From Auanema rhodensis (Eukaryota; Animalia; Nematoda), in assembly GCA_964057225.1 (NCBI GenBank), contig OZ059900.1, forward strand, positions 2,418,001 through 2,482,000: a stretch of DNA of 64,000 bases, given 5' to 3'. The number at the start of each line of letters is the position of its first letter. Position 1 is the stretch's first letter. Made by a program: the position numbers and the translations under genes. Shown one piece after another: positions 41,411 to 57,400 of the stretch. Under the pieces are notes generated by a model, which saw only the letters and a list, made by a program, of their open reading frames with translations, was not told the origin of the DNA and did not search any database.

Positions 41411-44400
41411 GTAATACTTGTAAATTTTGATCATATTTGTTAAGATTTGAGAATCGAACATACAATACACAAAATCAGTCTATTTTTATGAGCTTGCACT
41501 GATATATATTCATTTTCATCAAAAAAGGTCGAAAATAGAAAGAATTTTTGAAATTTCCGAGTTTTGAGTCTAATTTGGCTAAATCGCTCATATATATGAT
41601 CAAAAGCATAGTTTTACTGTCTATGATAACAAAAGTCATCAATTAAACGCTAGTGATATTTAAATACTGATTTTCGCTCAAGTAGCATTACTACACTAAG
41701 TATGGTCGTTTTTATGCCTTTAACACCATATACTCACCGATTTTTGGTACAAAATCTGTAATACTTGTAAATTTTGATCATATTTGTTAAGATTTGATAA
41801 TCGAACATACAATACACAAAATCAGTCTATTTTTATGAGCTTGCACTGATATATATTCATTTTCATCAAAAAAGGTCGAAAATAGAAAGAATTTTTGAAA
41901 TTTCCGAGTTTTGAGTCCAATTTGGCTAAATCGCTCATATATAAGATCAAAAGCATAGTTTTATTGTCTATAACAACAAAAGTCATCAATTAAACGCTAG
42001 TGATGTTTAAATACTGATTTTCGCTCAAATAGCATTACTACACTAAGTATGGTCGTTTTTATGCCTTTAACACCATATACTCACCGATTTTTGGTACAAA
42101 ATCTGTAATACTTGTAAATTTTGATCATATTCGTTAAGATTCGAGAATCAAACACATAATACACGAAATAAGTCTAGTTTTACAAGTTTGCACTGATATT
42201 TATTCATTTTGATCAAAAAAGGTCGAAAATAGAAAGAATTTTTGAAATTTCCGAGTTTTGAGTCCAATTTGGCTAAATCGCTCATATATAAGATCAAAAG
42301 CATAGTTTTATTGTCTATAACAACAAAAGTCATCAATTAAACGCTAGTGATATTTAAATACTGATTTTCGCTCAAGTAGCATTACTACACTAAGTATGGT
42401 CGTTTTTATGCCTTTAACACCATATACTCACCGATTTTTGGTACAAAATCTGTAATACTTGTAAATTTTGATCATATTTGTTAAGATTTGAGAATCGAAC
42501 ATACAATACACAAAATCAGTCTATTTTTATGAGCTTGCACTGATATATATTCATTTTCATCAAAAAAGGTCGAAAATAGAAAGAATTTTTGAAATTTCCG
42601 AGTTTTGAGTCTAATTTGGCTAAATCGCTCATATATATGATCAGAAGCATAGTTTTATTGTCTATGACAACAAAAATCATCAATTAAACGCTAGTGATGT
42701 TTAAATACTGATTTTCGCTCAAATAGCATTACTACACTAAGTATGGTCGTTTTTATGCCTTTAACACCATATACTCACCGATTTTTGGTACAAAATCTGT
42801 AATACTTGTAAATTTTGATCATATTCGTTAAGATTCGAGAATCAAACACATAATACACGAAATAAGTCTAGTTTTACAAGTTTGCACTGATATTTATTCA
42901 TTTTGATCAAAAAAGGTCGAAAATAGAAAGAATTTTTGAAATTTCCGAGTTTTGAGTCTAATTTGGCTAAATCGCTCATATATATGATCAGAAGCATAGT
43001 TTTATTGTCTATGACAACAAAAATCATCAATTAAACGCTAGTGATGTTTAAATACTGATTTTCGCTCAAATAGCATTACTACACTAAGTATGATCGTTTT
43101 TATGCCTTTAACACCATATACTCACCGATTTTTGGTACAAAATCTGTAATACTTGTAAATTTTGATCATATTTGTTAAGATTCGAGAATCAAACACATAA
43201 TACACAAAATAAGTCTATTTTTACAAGTTTGCACTGATATTTATTCATTTTGATCAAAAAAGGTCGAAAATAGAAAGAATTTTTGAAATTTCCGAGTTTT
43301 GAGTCCAATTTGGCTAAATCGCTCATATATATGATCAAAAGCATAGTTTTATTGTCTATAACAACAAAAGTCATCAATTAAACGCTAGTGATGTTTAAAT
43401 ACTGAATTTCGCTCAAATAGCATGACTACACTAAGTATGGTCGTTTTTATGCCTTTAACACCATATACTCACCGATTTTTGGTACAAAATCTGTAATACT
43501 CGTAAATTTTGATCATATTCGTTAAGATTTGAGAATCAAACATACAATACACAAAATCAGTCTATTTTTATGAGCTTGCACTGATATATATTCATTTTGA
43601 TCAAAAAAGGTCGAAAATAGAAAGAATTTTTGAAATTTCCGAGTTTTGAGTCTAATTTGGCTAAATCGCTCATATATATGATCAAAAGCATAGTTTTACT
43701 GTCTATGATAACAAAAGTTTTCAAATATACACTAATAATGATTAAATCACTGAATTTCACTCAAATAGCATTACTACACTAAGTATGGTCGTTTTTATGC
43801 CTTTAACACCATATACTCACCGATTTTTGGTACAAAATCTGTAATACTTGTAAATTTTGATCATATTTGTTAAGATTCGAGAATCAAACACATAATACAC
43901 AAAATAAGTCTATTTTTACAAGTTTGCACTGATATTTATTCATTTTGATCAAAAAAGGTCGAAAATAGAAAGAATTTTTGAAATTTCCGAGTTTTGAGTC
44001 CAATTTGGCTAAATCGCTCATATATATGATCAAAAGCATAGTTTTATTGTCTATAACAACAAAAGTCATCAATTAAACGCTAGTGATGTTTAAATACTGA
44101 ATTTCGCTCAAATAGCATGACTACACTAAGTATGGTCGTTTTTATGCCTTTAACACCATATACTCACCGATTTTTGGTACAAAATCTGTAATACTCGTAA
44201 ATTTTGATCATATTCGTTAAGATTTGAGAATCAAACATACAATACACAAAATCAGTCTATTTTTATGAGCTTGCACTGATATATATTCATTTTGATCAAA
44301 AAAGGTCGAAAATAGAAAGAATTTTTGAAATTTCCGAGTTTTGAGTCTAATTTGGCTAAATCGCTCATATATATGATCAAAAGCATAGTTTTATTGTCTA

Positions 44401-47400
44401 TGACAACAAAAGTCATCAATTAAACGCTAGTGATGTTTAAATACTGAATTTCGCTCAAATAGCATTACTACACTAAGTATGGTCGTTTTTATGCCTTTAA
44501 CACCATATACTCACCGATTTTTGGTACAAAATCTGTAATACTCGTAAATTTTGTTCATATTCGGTGAGATTCGAGAATCAAACACACAATACACGAAATA
44601 AGTTTATTTTGACGAGTTTGCACTGGTATTTATTCATTTTGATCAAAAAAGGTCGAAAATAGAAAGAATTTTTGAATTTTCCGAGTTTTGAGTCCAATTG
44701 GGCTAAATCGCTCATATATATGATCAGAAGCATAGTTTTATTGTCTATGACAACAAAAATCATCAATTAAACGCTAGTGATGTTCAAATACTGATTTTCG
44801 CTCAAATAGCATTACTACACTAAGTATGGTCGTTTTTATGCCTTTAACACCATATACTCACCGATTTTTGGTACAAAATCTGTAATACTCGTAAAATTTG
44901 ATCATATTTGTTAAGATTTGAGAATCAAACACACAATACACAAAATCAGTCTATTTTTATGAGTTTACACTGATATATATTCATTTTCATCAAAAAAGGT
45001 CGAAAATAGAAAGAATTTTTGAATTTTCCGAGTTTTGAGTCGAATTGGGCTAAATCGCTCATATATATGATCAAAAGCATAGTTTTACTGTCTATGATAA
45101 CAAAAGTCATCAATTAAACGCTAGTGATGTTTAAATACTGAATTTCGCTCAAATAGCATTACTACACTAAGTATGGTCGTTTTTATGCCTTTAACACCAT
45201 ATACTCACCGATTTTTGGTACAAAATCTGTAATACTCGTAAATTTTGATCATATTCGGTGAGATTCGAGAATCAAACACATAATACACGAAATAAGTCTA
45301 GTTTTACAAGTTTGCACTGATATTTATTCATTTTGATCAAAAAAGGTCGAAAATAGAAAGAATTTTTGAAATTTCCGAGTTTTGAGTCTAATTTGGCTAA
45401 ATCGCTCATATATATGATCAGAAGCATAGTTTTATTGTCTATGACAACAAAAATCATCAATTAAACGCTAGTGATGTTTAAATACTGATTTTCGCTCAAA
45501 TAGCATTACTACACTAAGTATGGTCGTTTTTATGCCTTTAACACCATATACTCACCGATTTTTGGTACAAAATCTGTAATACTCGTAAAATTTGATCATA
45601 TTTGTTAAGATTTGAGAATCAAACACACAATACACAAAATCAGTATATTTTTATGAGTTTACACTGATATATATTCATTTTGATCAAAAAAGGTCGAAAA
45701 TAGAAAGAATTTTTGAATTTTCCGAGTTTTGAGTCCAATTGGGCTAAATCGCTCATATATATGATCAAAAGCATAGTTTTATTGTCTATAACAACAAAAG
45801 TCATCAATTAAACGCTAGTGATGTTTAAATACTGAATTTCGCTCAAATAGCATTACTACACTAAGTATGGTCGTTTTTATGCCTTTAACACCATATACTC
45901 ACCGATTTTTGGTACAAAATCTGTAATACTCGTAAATTTTGATCATATTCGTTAAGATTTGAGAATCAAACATACAATACACAAAATCAGTCTATTTTTA
46001 TGAGCTTGCACTGATATATATTCATTTTGATCAAAAAAGGTCGAAAATAGAAAGAATTTTTGAAATTTCCGAGTTTTGAGTCTAATTTGGCTAAATCGCT
46101 CATTTATATGATCAAAAGCATAGTTTTATTGTCTATGACAACAAAAATCATCAATTAAACGCTAGTGATGTTTAAATACTGATTTTCGCTCAAATAGCAT
46201 TACTACACTAAGTATGGTCGTTTTTATGCCTTTAACACCATATACTCACCGATTTTTGGTACAAAATCTGTAATACTCGTAAAATTTGATCATATTTGTT
46301 AAGATTTGAGAATCAAACACACAATACACAAAATCAGTCTATTTTTATGAGTTTACACTGATATATATTCATTTTGATCAAAAAAGGTCGAAAATAGAAA
46401 GAATTTTTGAATTTTCCGAGTTTTGAGTCCAATTGGGCTAAATCGCTCATATATATGATCAAAAGCATAGTTTTATTGTCTATAACAACAAAAGTCATCA
46501 ATTAAACGCTAGTGATGTTTAAATACTGAATTTCGCTCAAATAGCATTACTACACTAAGTATGGTCGTTTTTATGCCTTTAACACCATATACTCACCGAT
46601 TTTTGGTACAAAATCTGTAATACTCGTAAATTTTGATCATATTCGTTAAGATTTGAGAATCAAACATACAATACACAAAATCAGTCTATTTTTATGAGCT
46701 TGCACTGATATATATTCATTTTGATCAAAAAAGGTCGAAAATAGAAAGAATTTTTGAAATTTCCGAGTTTTGAGTCTAATTTGGCTAAATCGCTCATTTA
46801 TATGATCAAAAGCATAGTTTTATTGTCTATGACAACAAAAGTCATCAATTAAACGCTAGTGATGTTTAAATACTGAATTTCGCTCAAATAGCATTACTAC
46901 ACTAAGTATGGTCGTTTTTATGCCTTTAACACCATATACTCACCGATTTTTGGTACAAAATCTGTAATACTCGTAAATTTTGATCATATTCGGTGAGATT
47001 CGAGAATCAAACACACAATACACGAAATAAGTTTATTTTGACGAGTTTGCACTGGTATTTATTCATTTTGATCAAAAAAGGTCGAAAATAGAAAGAATTT
47101 TTGAATTTTCCGAGTTTTGAGTCCAATTGGGCTAAATCGCTCATATATAAGATCAAAAGCATAGTTTTATTGTCTATAACAACAAAAGTCATCAATTAAA
47201 CGCTAGTGATATTTAAATACTGATTTTCGCTCAAGTAGCATTACTACACTAAGTATGGTCGTTTTTATGCCTTTAACACCATATACTCACCGATTTTTGG
47301 TACAAAATCTGTAATACTCGTAAATTTTGATCATATTCGTTAAGATTTGAGAATCAAACATACAATACACAAAATCAGTCTATTTTTATGAGCTTGCACT

Positions 47401-50400
47401 GATATATATTCATTTTGATCAAAAAAGGTCGAAAATAGAAAGAATTTTTGAAATTTCCGAGTTTTGAGTCTAATTTGGCTAAATCGCTCATATATATGAT
47501 CAAAAGCATAGTTTTATTGTCTATGACAACAAAAGTCATCAATTAAACGCTAGTGAGGTTTAAATACTGAATTTCGCTCAAATAGCATTACTACACTAAG
47601 TATGGTCGTTTTTATGCCTTTAACACCATATACTCACCGATTTTTGGTACAAAATCTGTAATACTCGTAAATTTTGATCATATTCGGTGAGATTCGAGAA
47701 TCAAACACACAATACACGAAATAAGTTTATTTTGACGAGTTTGCACTGGTATTCATTCATTTTGATCAAAAAAGGTCGAAAATAGAAAGAATTTTTGAAT
47801 TTTCCGAGTTTTGAGTCCAATTGGGCTAAATCGCTCATATATATGATCAAAAGCATAGTTTTACTGTCTATGATAACAAAAGTCTTCAAATATACACTAA
47901 TAATGATTGAATCACTGAATTTCACTCAAATAGCATTACTACACTAAGTATGGTCGTTTTTATGCCTTTAACACCATATACTCACCGATTTTTGGTACAA
48001 AATCTGTAATACTCGTAAAATTTGATCATATTTGTTAAGATTTGAGAATCAAACACACAATACACAAAATCAGTCTATTTTTATGAGTTTACACTGATAT
48101 ATATTCATTTTCATCAAAAAAGGTCGAAAATAGAAAGAATTTTTGAAATTTCCGAGTTTTGAGTCGAATTGGGCTAAATCGCTCATATATATGATCAAAA
48201 GCATAGTTTTACTGTCTATGATAACAAAAGTCTTCAAATATACACTAATAATGATTAAATCACTGAATTTCACTCAAATAGCATTACTACACTAAGTATG
48301 GTCGTTTTTATGCCTTTAACACCATATACTCACCGATTTTTGGTACAAAATCTGTAATACTCGTAAATTTTCATCATATCCGTTAAGATTCGAGAATCAA
48401 ACACACAATACACGAAATAAGTTTATTTTTACGAGTTTGCACTGATATTTATTCATTTTGATCAAAAAAGGTCGAAAATAGAAAGAATTTTTGAATTTTC
48501 CGAGTTTTGAGTCCAATTGGGCTAAATCGCTCATATATATGATCAAAAGCATAGTTTTATTGTCTATAACAACAAAAGTCATCAATTAAACGCTAGTGAT
48601 GTTTAAATACTGAATTTCGCTCAAATAGCATGACTACACTAAGTATGGTCGTTTTTATGCCTTTAACACCATATACTCACCGATTTTTGGTACAAAATCT
48701 GTAATACTCGTAAATTTTGATCATATTCGTTAAGATTTGAGAATCAAACATACAATACACAAAATCAGTCTATTTTTATGAGCTTGCACTGATATATATT
48801 CATTTTGATCAAAAAAAGTCGAAAATAGAAAGAATTTTTGAAATTTCCGAGTTTTGAGTCTAATTTGGCTAAATCGCTCATATATATGATCAAAAACATA
48901 GTTTTATTGTCTATGACAACAAAAGTCATCAATTAAACGCTAGTGATGTTTAAATACTGAATTTCGCTCAAATAGCATTACTACACTAAGTATGGTCGTT
49001 TTTATGCCTTTAACACCATATACTCACCGATTTTTGGTACAAAATCTGTAATACTCGTAAATTTTGATCATATCCGTTAAGATTCGAGAATCAAACACAC
49101 AATACACGAAATAAGTTTATTTTTACGAGTTTGCACTGGTATTTATTCATTTTGATCAAAAAAGGTCGAAAATAGAAAGAATTTTTGAAATTTCCGAGTT
49201 TTGAGTCTAATTTGGCTAAATCGCTCATATATATGATCAAAAGCATAGTTTTACTGTCTATGATAACAAAAGTCCTCAAATATACACTAATAATGATTGA
49301 ATCACTGAATTTCACTCAAATAGCATTACTACACTAAGTATGGTCGTTTTTATGCCTTTAACACCATATACTCACCGATTTTTGGTACAAAATCTGTAAT
49401 ACTCGTAAATTTTGTTCATATTCGGTGAGATTCGAGAATCAAACACACAATACACGAAATAAGTTTATTTTGACGAGTTTGCACTGGTATTTATTCATTT
49501 TGATCAAAAAAGGTCGAAAATAGAAAGAATTTTTGAATTTTCCGAGTTTTGAGTCCAATTGGGCTAAATCGCTCATATATATGATCAAAAGCATAGTTTT
49601 ATTGTCTATAACAACAAAAGTCATCAATTAAACGCTAGTGATGTTTAAATACTGAATTTCGCTCAAATAGCATTACTACACTAAGTATGGTCGTTTTTAT
49701 GCCTTTAACACCATATACTCACCGATTTTTGGTACAAAATCTGTAATACTCGTAAATTTTGATCATATTCGTTAAGATTTGAGAATCAAACATACAATAC
49801 ACAAAATCAGTCTATTTTTATGAGCTTGCACTGATATATATTCATTTTGATCAAAAAAGGTCGAAAATAGAAAGAATTTTTGAAATTTCCGAGTTTTGAG
49901 TCTAATTTGGCTAAATCGCTCATATATATGATCAAAAGCATAGTTTTATTGTCTATGACAACAAAAGTCATCAATTAAACGCTAGTGATGTTTAAATACT
50001 GAATTTCGCTCAAATAGCATTACTACACTAAGTATGGTCGTTTTTATGCCTTTAACACCATATACTCACCGATTTTTGGTACAAAATCTGTAATACTCGT
50101 AAATTTTGATCATATTCGGTGAGATTCGAGAATCAAACACACAATACACGAAATAAGTTTATTTTGACGAGTTTGCACTGGTATTTATTCATTTTGATCA
50201 AAAAAGGTCGAAAATAGAAAGAATTTTTGAATTTTCCGAGTTTTGAGTCCAATTGGGCTAAATCGCTCATATATATGATCAAAAGCATAGTTTTACTGTC
50301 TATGATAACAAAAGTCTTCAAATATACACTAATAATGATTGAATCACTGAATTTCACTCAAATAGCATTACTACACTAAGTATGGTCGTTTTTATGCCTT

Positions 50401-51411
50401 TAACACCATATACTCACCGATTTTTGGTACAAAATCTGTGATACTCGTAAATTTTGATCATATTCGGTGAGATTCGAGAATCGAACACACAATACACAAA
50501 ATAAGTCTATTTTTACGAGTTTGCACTGATATTTATTCATTTTGATCAAAAAAGGTCGAAAATAGAAAGAATTTTTGAAATTTCCGAGTTTTGAGTCTAA
50601 TTTGGCTAAATCGCTCATATATATAATCAAAAGCATAGTTTTACTGTCTATGATAACAAAAGTCTTCAAATATACACTAATAATGTGTAAATCACTGAAT
50701 TTCACTCAAATAGCTTTACTACACTAAGTATGGTCGTTTTTATGCCTTTAACACCATATACTCACCGATTTTTGGTACAAAATCTGTAATACTTGTAAAT
50801 TTTGATCATATTCGTTAAGATTTGAGAATCAAACATACAATACACAAAATCAGTCTATTTTTATGAGCTTGCACTGATATATATTCATTTTGATCAAAAA
50901 AGGTCGAAAATAGAAAGAATTTTTGAATTTTCCGAGTTTTGAGTCCAATTGGGCTAAATCGCTCATATATATGATCAAAAGCATAGTTTTACTGTCTATG
51001 ATAACAAAAGTCTTCAAATATACACTTATAATGTGTAAATCACTGAATTTCACTCAAATAGCTTTACTACACTAAGTATGGTCGTTTTTATGCCTTTAAC
51101 ACCATATACTCACCGATTTTTGGTACAAAATCTGTAATACTTGTAAATTTTGATCATATTTGTTAAGATTCGAGAATCAAACACATAATACACAAAATAA
51201 GTCTATTTTTACAAGTTTGCACTGATATTTATTCATTTTGATCAAAAAAGGTCGAAAATAGAAAGAATTTTTGAATTTTCCGAGTTTTGAGTCCAATTGG
51301 GCTAAATCGCTCATATATATGATCAAAAGCATAGTTTCACTGTCTATGATAACAAAAGTCTTCAAATATACACTAGTAATGATTAAATCACTGAATTTCA
51401 CTCAAATAGCT
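41341..51411 (+). repeat. Copy 1 of a ~10-kb (29-monomer, 10071-bp) tandem higher-order duplication
   Basis: Many private SNPs are shared with copy 2 at offset 10071 (43093/53164, 45645/55716) and then offset 9724 (47557/57281, 48817/58541, 49275/58999, 51026/60750). Confidence 0.93.
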
Positions 51412-54400
51412 TTACTACACTAAGTATGGTCGTTTTTATGCCTTTAACACCATATACTCACCGATTTTTGGTACAAAATCTGTAATACTTGTAAATTTTG
51501 ATCATATTTGTTAAGATTTGAGAATCGAACATACAATACACAAAATCAGTCTATTTTTATGAGCTTGCACTGATATATATTCATTTTCATCAAAAAAGGT
51601 CGAAAATAGAAAGAATTTTTGAAATTTCCGAGTTTTGAGTCTAATTTGGCTAAATCGCTCATATATATGATCAAAAGCATAGTTTTACTGTCTATGATAA
51701 CAAAAGTCATCAATTAAACGCTAGTGATATTTAAATACTGATTTTCGCTCAAGTAGCATTACTACACTAAGTATGGTCGTTTTTATGCCTTTAACACCAT
51801 ATACTCACCGATTTTTGGTACAAAATCTGTAATACTTGTAAATTTTGATCATATTTGTTAAGATTTGATAATCGAACATACAATACACAAAATCAGTCTA
51901 TTTTTATGAGCTTGCACTGATATATATTCATTTTCATCAAAAAAGGTCGAAAATAGAAAGAATTTTTGAAATTTCCGAGTTTTGAGTCCAATTTGGCTAA
52001 ATCGCTCATATATAAGATCAAAAGCATAGTTTTATTGTCTATAACAACAAAAGTCATCAATTAAACGCTAGTGATGTTTAAATACTGATTTTCACTCAAA
52101 TAGCATTACTACACTAAGTATGGTCGTTTTTATGCCTTTAACACCATATACTCACCGATTTTTGGTACAAAATCTGTAATACTTGTAAATTTTGATCATA
52201 TTCGTTAAGATTCGAGAATCAAACACATAATACACGAAATAAGTCTAGTTTTACAAGTTTGCACTGATATTTATTCATTTTGATCAAAAAAGGTCGAAAA
52301 TAGAAAGAATTTTTGAAATTTCCGAGTTTTGAGTCCAATTTGGCTAAATCGCTCATATATAAGATCAAAAGCATAGTTTTATTGTCTATAACAACAAAAG
52401 TCATCAATTAAACGCTAGTGATATTTAAATACTGATTTTCGCTCAAGTAGCATTACTACACTAAGTATGGTCGTTTTTATGCCTTTAACACCATATACTC
52501 ACCGATTTTTGGTACAAAATCTGTAATACTTGTAAATTTTGATCATATTTGTTAAGATTTGAGAATCGAACATACAATACACAAAATCAGTCTATTTTTA
52601 TGAGCTTGCACTGATATATATTCATTTTCATCAAAAAAGGTCGAAAATAGAAAGAATTTTTGAAATTTCCGAGTTTTGAGTCTAATTTGGCTAAATCGCT
52701 CATATATATGATCAGAAGCATAGTTTTATTGTCTATGACAACAAAAATCATCAATTAAACGCTAGTGATGTTTAAATACTGATTTTCGCTCAAATAGCAT
52801 TACTACACTAAGTATGGTCGTTTTTATGCCTTTAACACCATATACTCACCGATTTTTGGTACAAAATCTGTAATACTTGTAAATTTTGATCATATTCGTT
52901 AAGATTCGAGAATCAAACACATAATACACGAAATAAGTCTAGTTTTACAAGTTTGCACTGATATTTATTCATTTTGATCAAAAAAGGTCGAAAATAGAAA
53001 GAATTTTTGAAATTTCCGAGTTTTGAGTCTAATTTGGCTAAATCGCTCATATATATGATCAGAAGCATAGTTTTATTGTCTATGACAACAAAAATCATCA
53101 ATTAAACGCTAGTGATGTTTAAATACTGATTTTCGCTCAAATAGCATTACTACACTAAGTATGATCGTTTTTATGCCTTTAACACCATATACTCACCGAT
53201 TTTTGGTACAAAATCTGTAATACTTGTAAATTTTGATCATATTTGTTAAGATTCGAGAATCAAACACATAATACACAAAATAAGTCTATTTTTACAAGTT
53301 TGCACTGATATTTATTCATTTTGATCAAAAAAGGTCGAAAATAGAAAGAATTTTTGAAATTTCCGAGTTTTGAGTCCAATTTGGCTAAATCGCTCATATA
53401 TATGATCAAAAGCATAGTTTTATTGTCTATAACAACAAAAGTCATCAATTAAACGCTAGTGATGTTTAAATACTGAATTTCGCTCAAATAGCATGACTAC
53501 ACTAAGTATGGTCGTTTTTATGCCTTTAACACCATATACTCACCGATTTTTGGTACAAAATCTGTAATACTCGTAAATTTTGATCATATTCGTTAAGATT
53601 TGAGAATCAAACATACAATACACAAAATCAGTCTATTTTTATGAGCTTGCACTGATATATATTCATTTTGATCAAAAAAGGTCGAAAATAGAAAGAATTT
53701 TTGAAATTTCCGAGTTTTGAGTCTAATTTGGCTAAATCGCTCATATATATGATCAAAAGCATAGTTTTACTGTCTATGATAACAAAAGTTTTCAAATATA
53801 CACTAATAATGATTAAATCACTGAATTTCACTCAAATAGCATTACTACACTAAGTATGGTCGTTTTTATGCCTTTAACACCATATACTCACCGATTTTTG
53901 GTACAAAATCTGTAATACTTGTAAATTTTGATCATATTTGTTAAGATTCGAGAATCAAACACATAATACACAAAATAAGTCTATTTTTACAAGTTTGCAC
54001 TGATATTTATTCATTTTGATCAAAAAAGGTCGAAAATAGAAAGAATTTTTGAAATTTCCGAGTTTTGAGTCCAATTTGGCTAAATCGCTCATATATATGA
54101 TCAAAAGCATAGTTTTATTGTCTATAACAACAAAAGTCATCAATTAAACGCTAGTGATGTTTAAATACTGAATTTCGCTCAAATAGCATGACTACACTAA
54201 GTATGGTCGTTTTTATGCCTTTAACACCATATACTCACCGATTTTTGGTACAAAATCTGTAATACTCGTAAATTTTGATCATATTCGTTAAGATTTGAGA
54301 ATCAAACATACAATACACAAAATCAGTCTATTTTTATGAGCTTGCACTGATATATATTCATTTTGATCAAAAAAGGTCGAAAATAGAAAGAATTTTTGAA

Positions 54401-57400
54401 ATTTCCGAGTTTTGAGTCTAATTTGGCTAAATCGCTCATATATATGATCAAAAGCATAGTTTTATTGTCTATGACAACAAAAGTCATCAATTAAACGCTA
54501 GTGATGTTTAAATACTGAATTTCGCTCAAATAGCATTACTACACTAAGTATGGTCGTTTTTATGCCTTTAACACCATATACTCACCGATTTTTGGTACAA
54601 AATCTGTAATACTCGTAAATTTTGTTCATATTCGGTGAGATTCGAGAATCAAACACACAATACACGAAATAAGTTTATTTTGACGAGTTTGCACTGGTAT
54701 TTATTCATTTTGATCAAAAAAGGTCGAAAATAGAAAGAATTTTTGAATTTTCCGAGTTTTGAGTCCAATTGGGCTAAATCGCTCATATATATGATCAGAA
54801 GCATAGTTTTATTGTCTATGACAACAAAAATCATCAATTAAACGCTAGTGATGTTCAAATACTGATTTTCGCTCAAATAGCATTACTACACTAAGTATGG
54901 TCGTTTTTATGCCTTTAACACCATATACTCACCGATTTTTGGTACAAAATCTGTAATACTCGTAAAATTTGATCATATTTGTTAAGATTTGAGAATCAAA
55001 CACACAATACACAAAATCAGTCTATTTTTATGAGTTTACACTGATATATATTCATTTTCATCAAAAAAGGTCGAAAATAGAAAGAATTTTTGAATTTTCC
55101 GAGTTTTGAGTCGAATTGGGCTAAATCGCTCATATATATGATCAAAAGCATAGTTTTACTGTCTATGATAACAAAAGTCATCAATTAAACGCTAGTGATG
55201 TTTAAATACTGAATTTCGCTCAAATAGCATTACTACACTAAGTATGGTCGTTTTTATGCCTTTAACACCATATACTCACCGATTTTTGGTACAAAATCTG
55301 TAATACTCGTAAATTTTGATCATATTCGGTGAGATTCGAGAATCAAACACATAATACACGAAATAAGTCTAGTTTTACAAGTTTGCACTGATATTTATTC
55401 ATTTTGATCAAAAAAGATCGAAAATAGAAAGAATTTTTGAAATTTCCGAGTTTTGAGTCTAATTTGGCTAAATCGCTCATATATATGATCAGAAGCATAG
55501 TTTTATTGTCTATGACAACAAAAATCATCAATTAAACGCTAGTGATGTTTAAATACTGATTTTCGCTCAAATAGCATTACTACACTAAGTATGGTCGTTT
55601 TTATGCCTTTAACACCATATACTCACCGATTTTTGGTACAAAATCTGTAATACTCGTAAAATTTGATCATATTTGTTAAGATTTGAGAATCAAACACACA
55701 ATACACAAAATCAGTATATTTTTATGAGTTTACACTGATATATATTCATTTTGATCAAAAAAGGTCGAAAATAGAAAGAATTTTTGAATTTTCCGAGTTT
55801 TGAGTCCAATTGGGCTAAATCGCTCATATATATGATCAAAAGCATAGTTTTATTGTCTATAACAACAAAAGTCATCAATTAAACGCTAGTGATGTTTAAA
55901 TACTGAATTTCGCTCAAATAGCATTACTACACTAAGTATGGTCGTTTTTATGCCTTTAACACCATATACTCACCGATTTTTGGTACAAAATCTGTAATAC
56001 TCGTAAATTTTGATCATATTCGTTAAGATTTGAGAATCAAACATACAATACACAAAATCAGTCTATTTTTATGAGCTTGCACTGATATATATTCATTTTG
56101 ATCAAAAAAGGTCGAAAATAGAAAGAATTTTTGAAATTTCCGAGTTTTGAGTCTAATTTGGCTAAATCGCTCATTTATATGATCAAAAGCATAGTTTTAT
56201 TGTCTATGACAACAAAAATCATCAATTAAACGCTAGTGATGTTTAAATACTGATTTTCGCTCAAATAGCATTACTACACTAAGTATGGTCGTTTTTATGC
56301 CTTTAACACCATATACTCACCGATTTTTGGTACAAAATCTGTAATACTCGTAAAATTTGATCATATTTGTTAAGATTTGAGAATCAAACACACAATACAC
56401 AAAATCAGTCTATTTTTATGAGTTTACACTGATATATATTCATTTTGATCAAAAAAGGTCGAAAATAGAAAGAATTTTTGAATTTTCCGAGTTTTGAGTC
56501 CAATTGGGCTAAATCGCTCATATATATGATCAAAAGCATAGTTTTATTGTCTATAACAACAAAAGTCATCAATTAAACGCTAGTGATGTTTAAATACTGA
56601 ATTTCGCTCAAATAGCATTACTACACTAAGTATGGTCGTTTTTATGCCTTTAACACCATATACTCACCGATTTTTGGTACAAAATCTGTAATACTCGTAA
56701 ATTTTGATCATATTCGTTAAGATTTGAGAATCAAACATACAATACACAAAATCAGTCTATTTTTATGAGCTTGCACTGATATATATTCATTTTGATCAAA
56801 AAAGGTCGAAAATAGAAAGAATTTTTGAAATTTCCGAGTTTTGAGTCTAATTTGGCTAAATCGCTCATTTATATGATCAAAAGCATAGTTTTATTGTCTA
56901 TGACAACAAAAGTCATCAATTAAACGCTAGTGATGTTTAAATACTGAATTTCGCTCAAATAGCATTACTACACTAAGTATGGTCGTTTTTATGCCTTTAA
57001 CACCATATACTCACCGATTTTTGGTACAAAATCTGTAATACTCGTAAATTTTGATCATATTCGGTGAGATTCGAGAATCAAACACACAATACACGAAATA
57101 AGTTTATTTTGACGAGTTTGCACTGGTATTTATTCATTTTGATCAAAAAAGGTCGAAAATAGAAAGAATTTTTGAATTTTCCGAGTTTTGAGTCCAATTG
57201 GGCTAAATCGCTCATATATAAGATCAAAAGCATAGTTTTATTGTCTATAACAACAAAAGTCATCAATTAAACGCTAGTGAGGTTTAAATACTGAATTTCG
57301 CTCAAATAGCATTACTACACTAAGTATGGTCGTTTTTATGCCTTTAACACCATATACTCACCGATTTTTGGTACAAAATCTGTAATACTCGTAAATTTTG

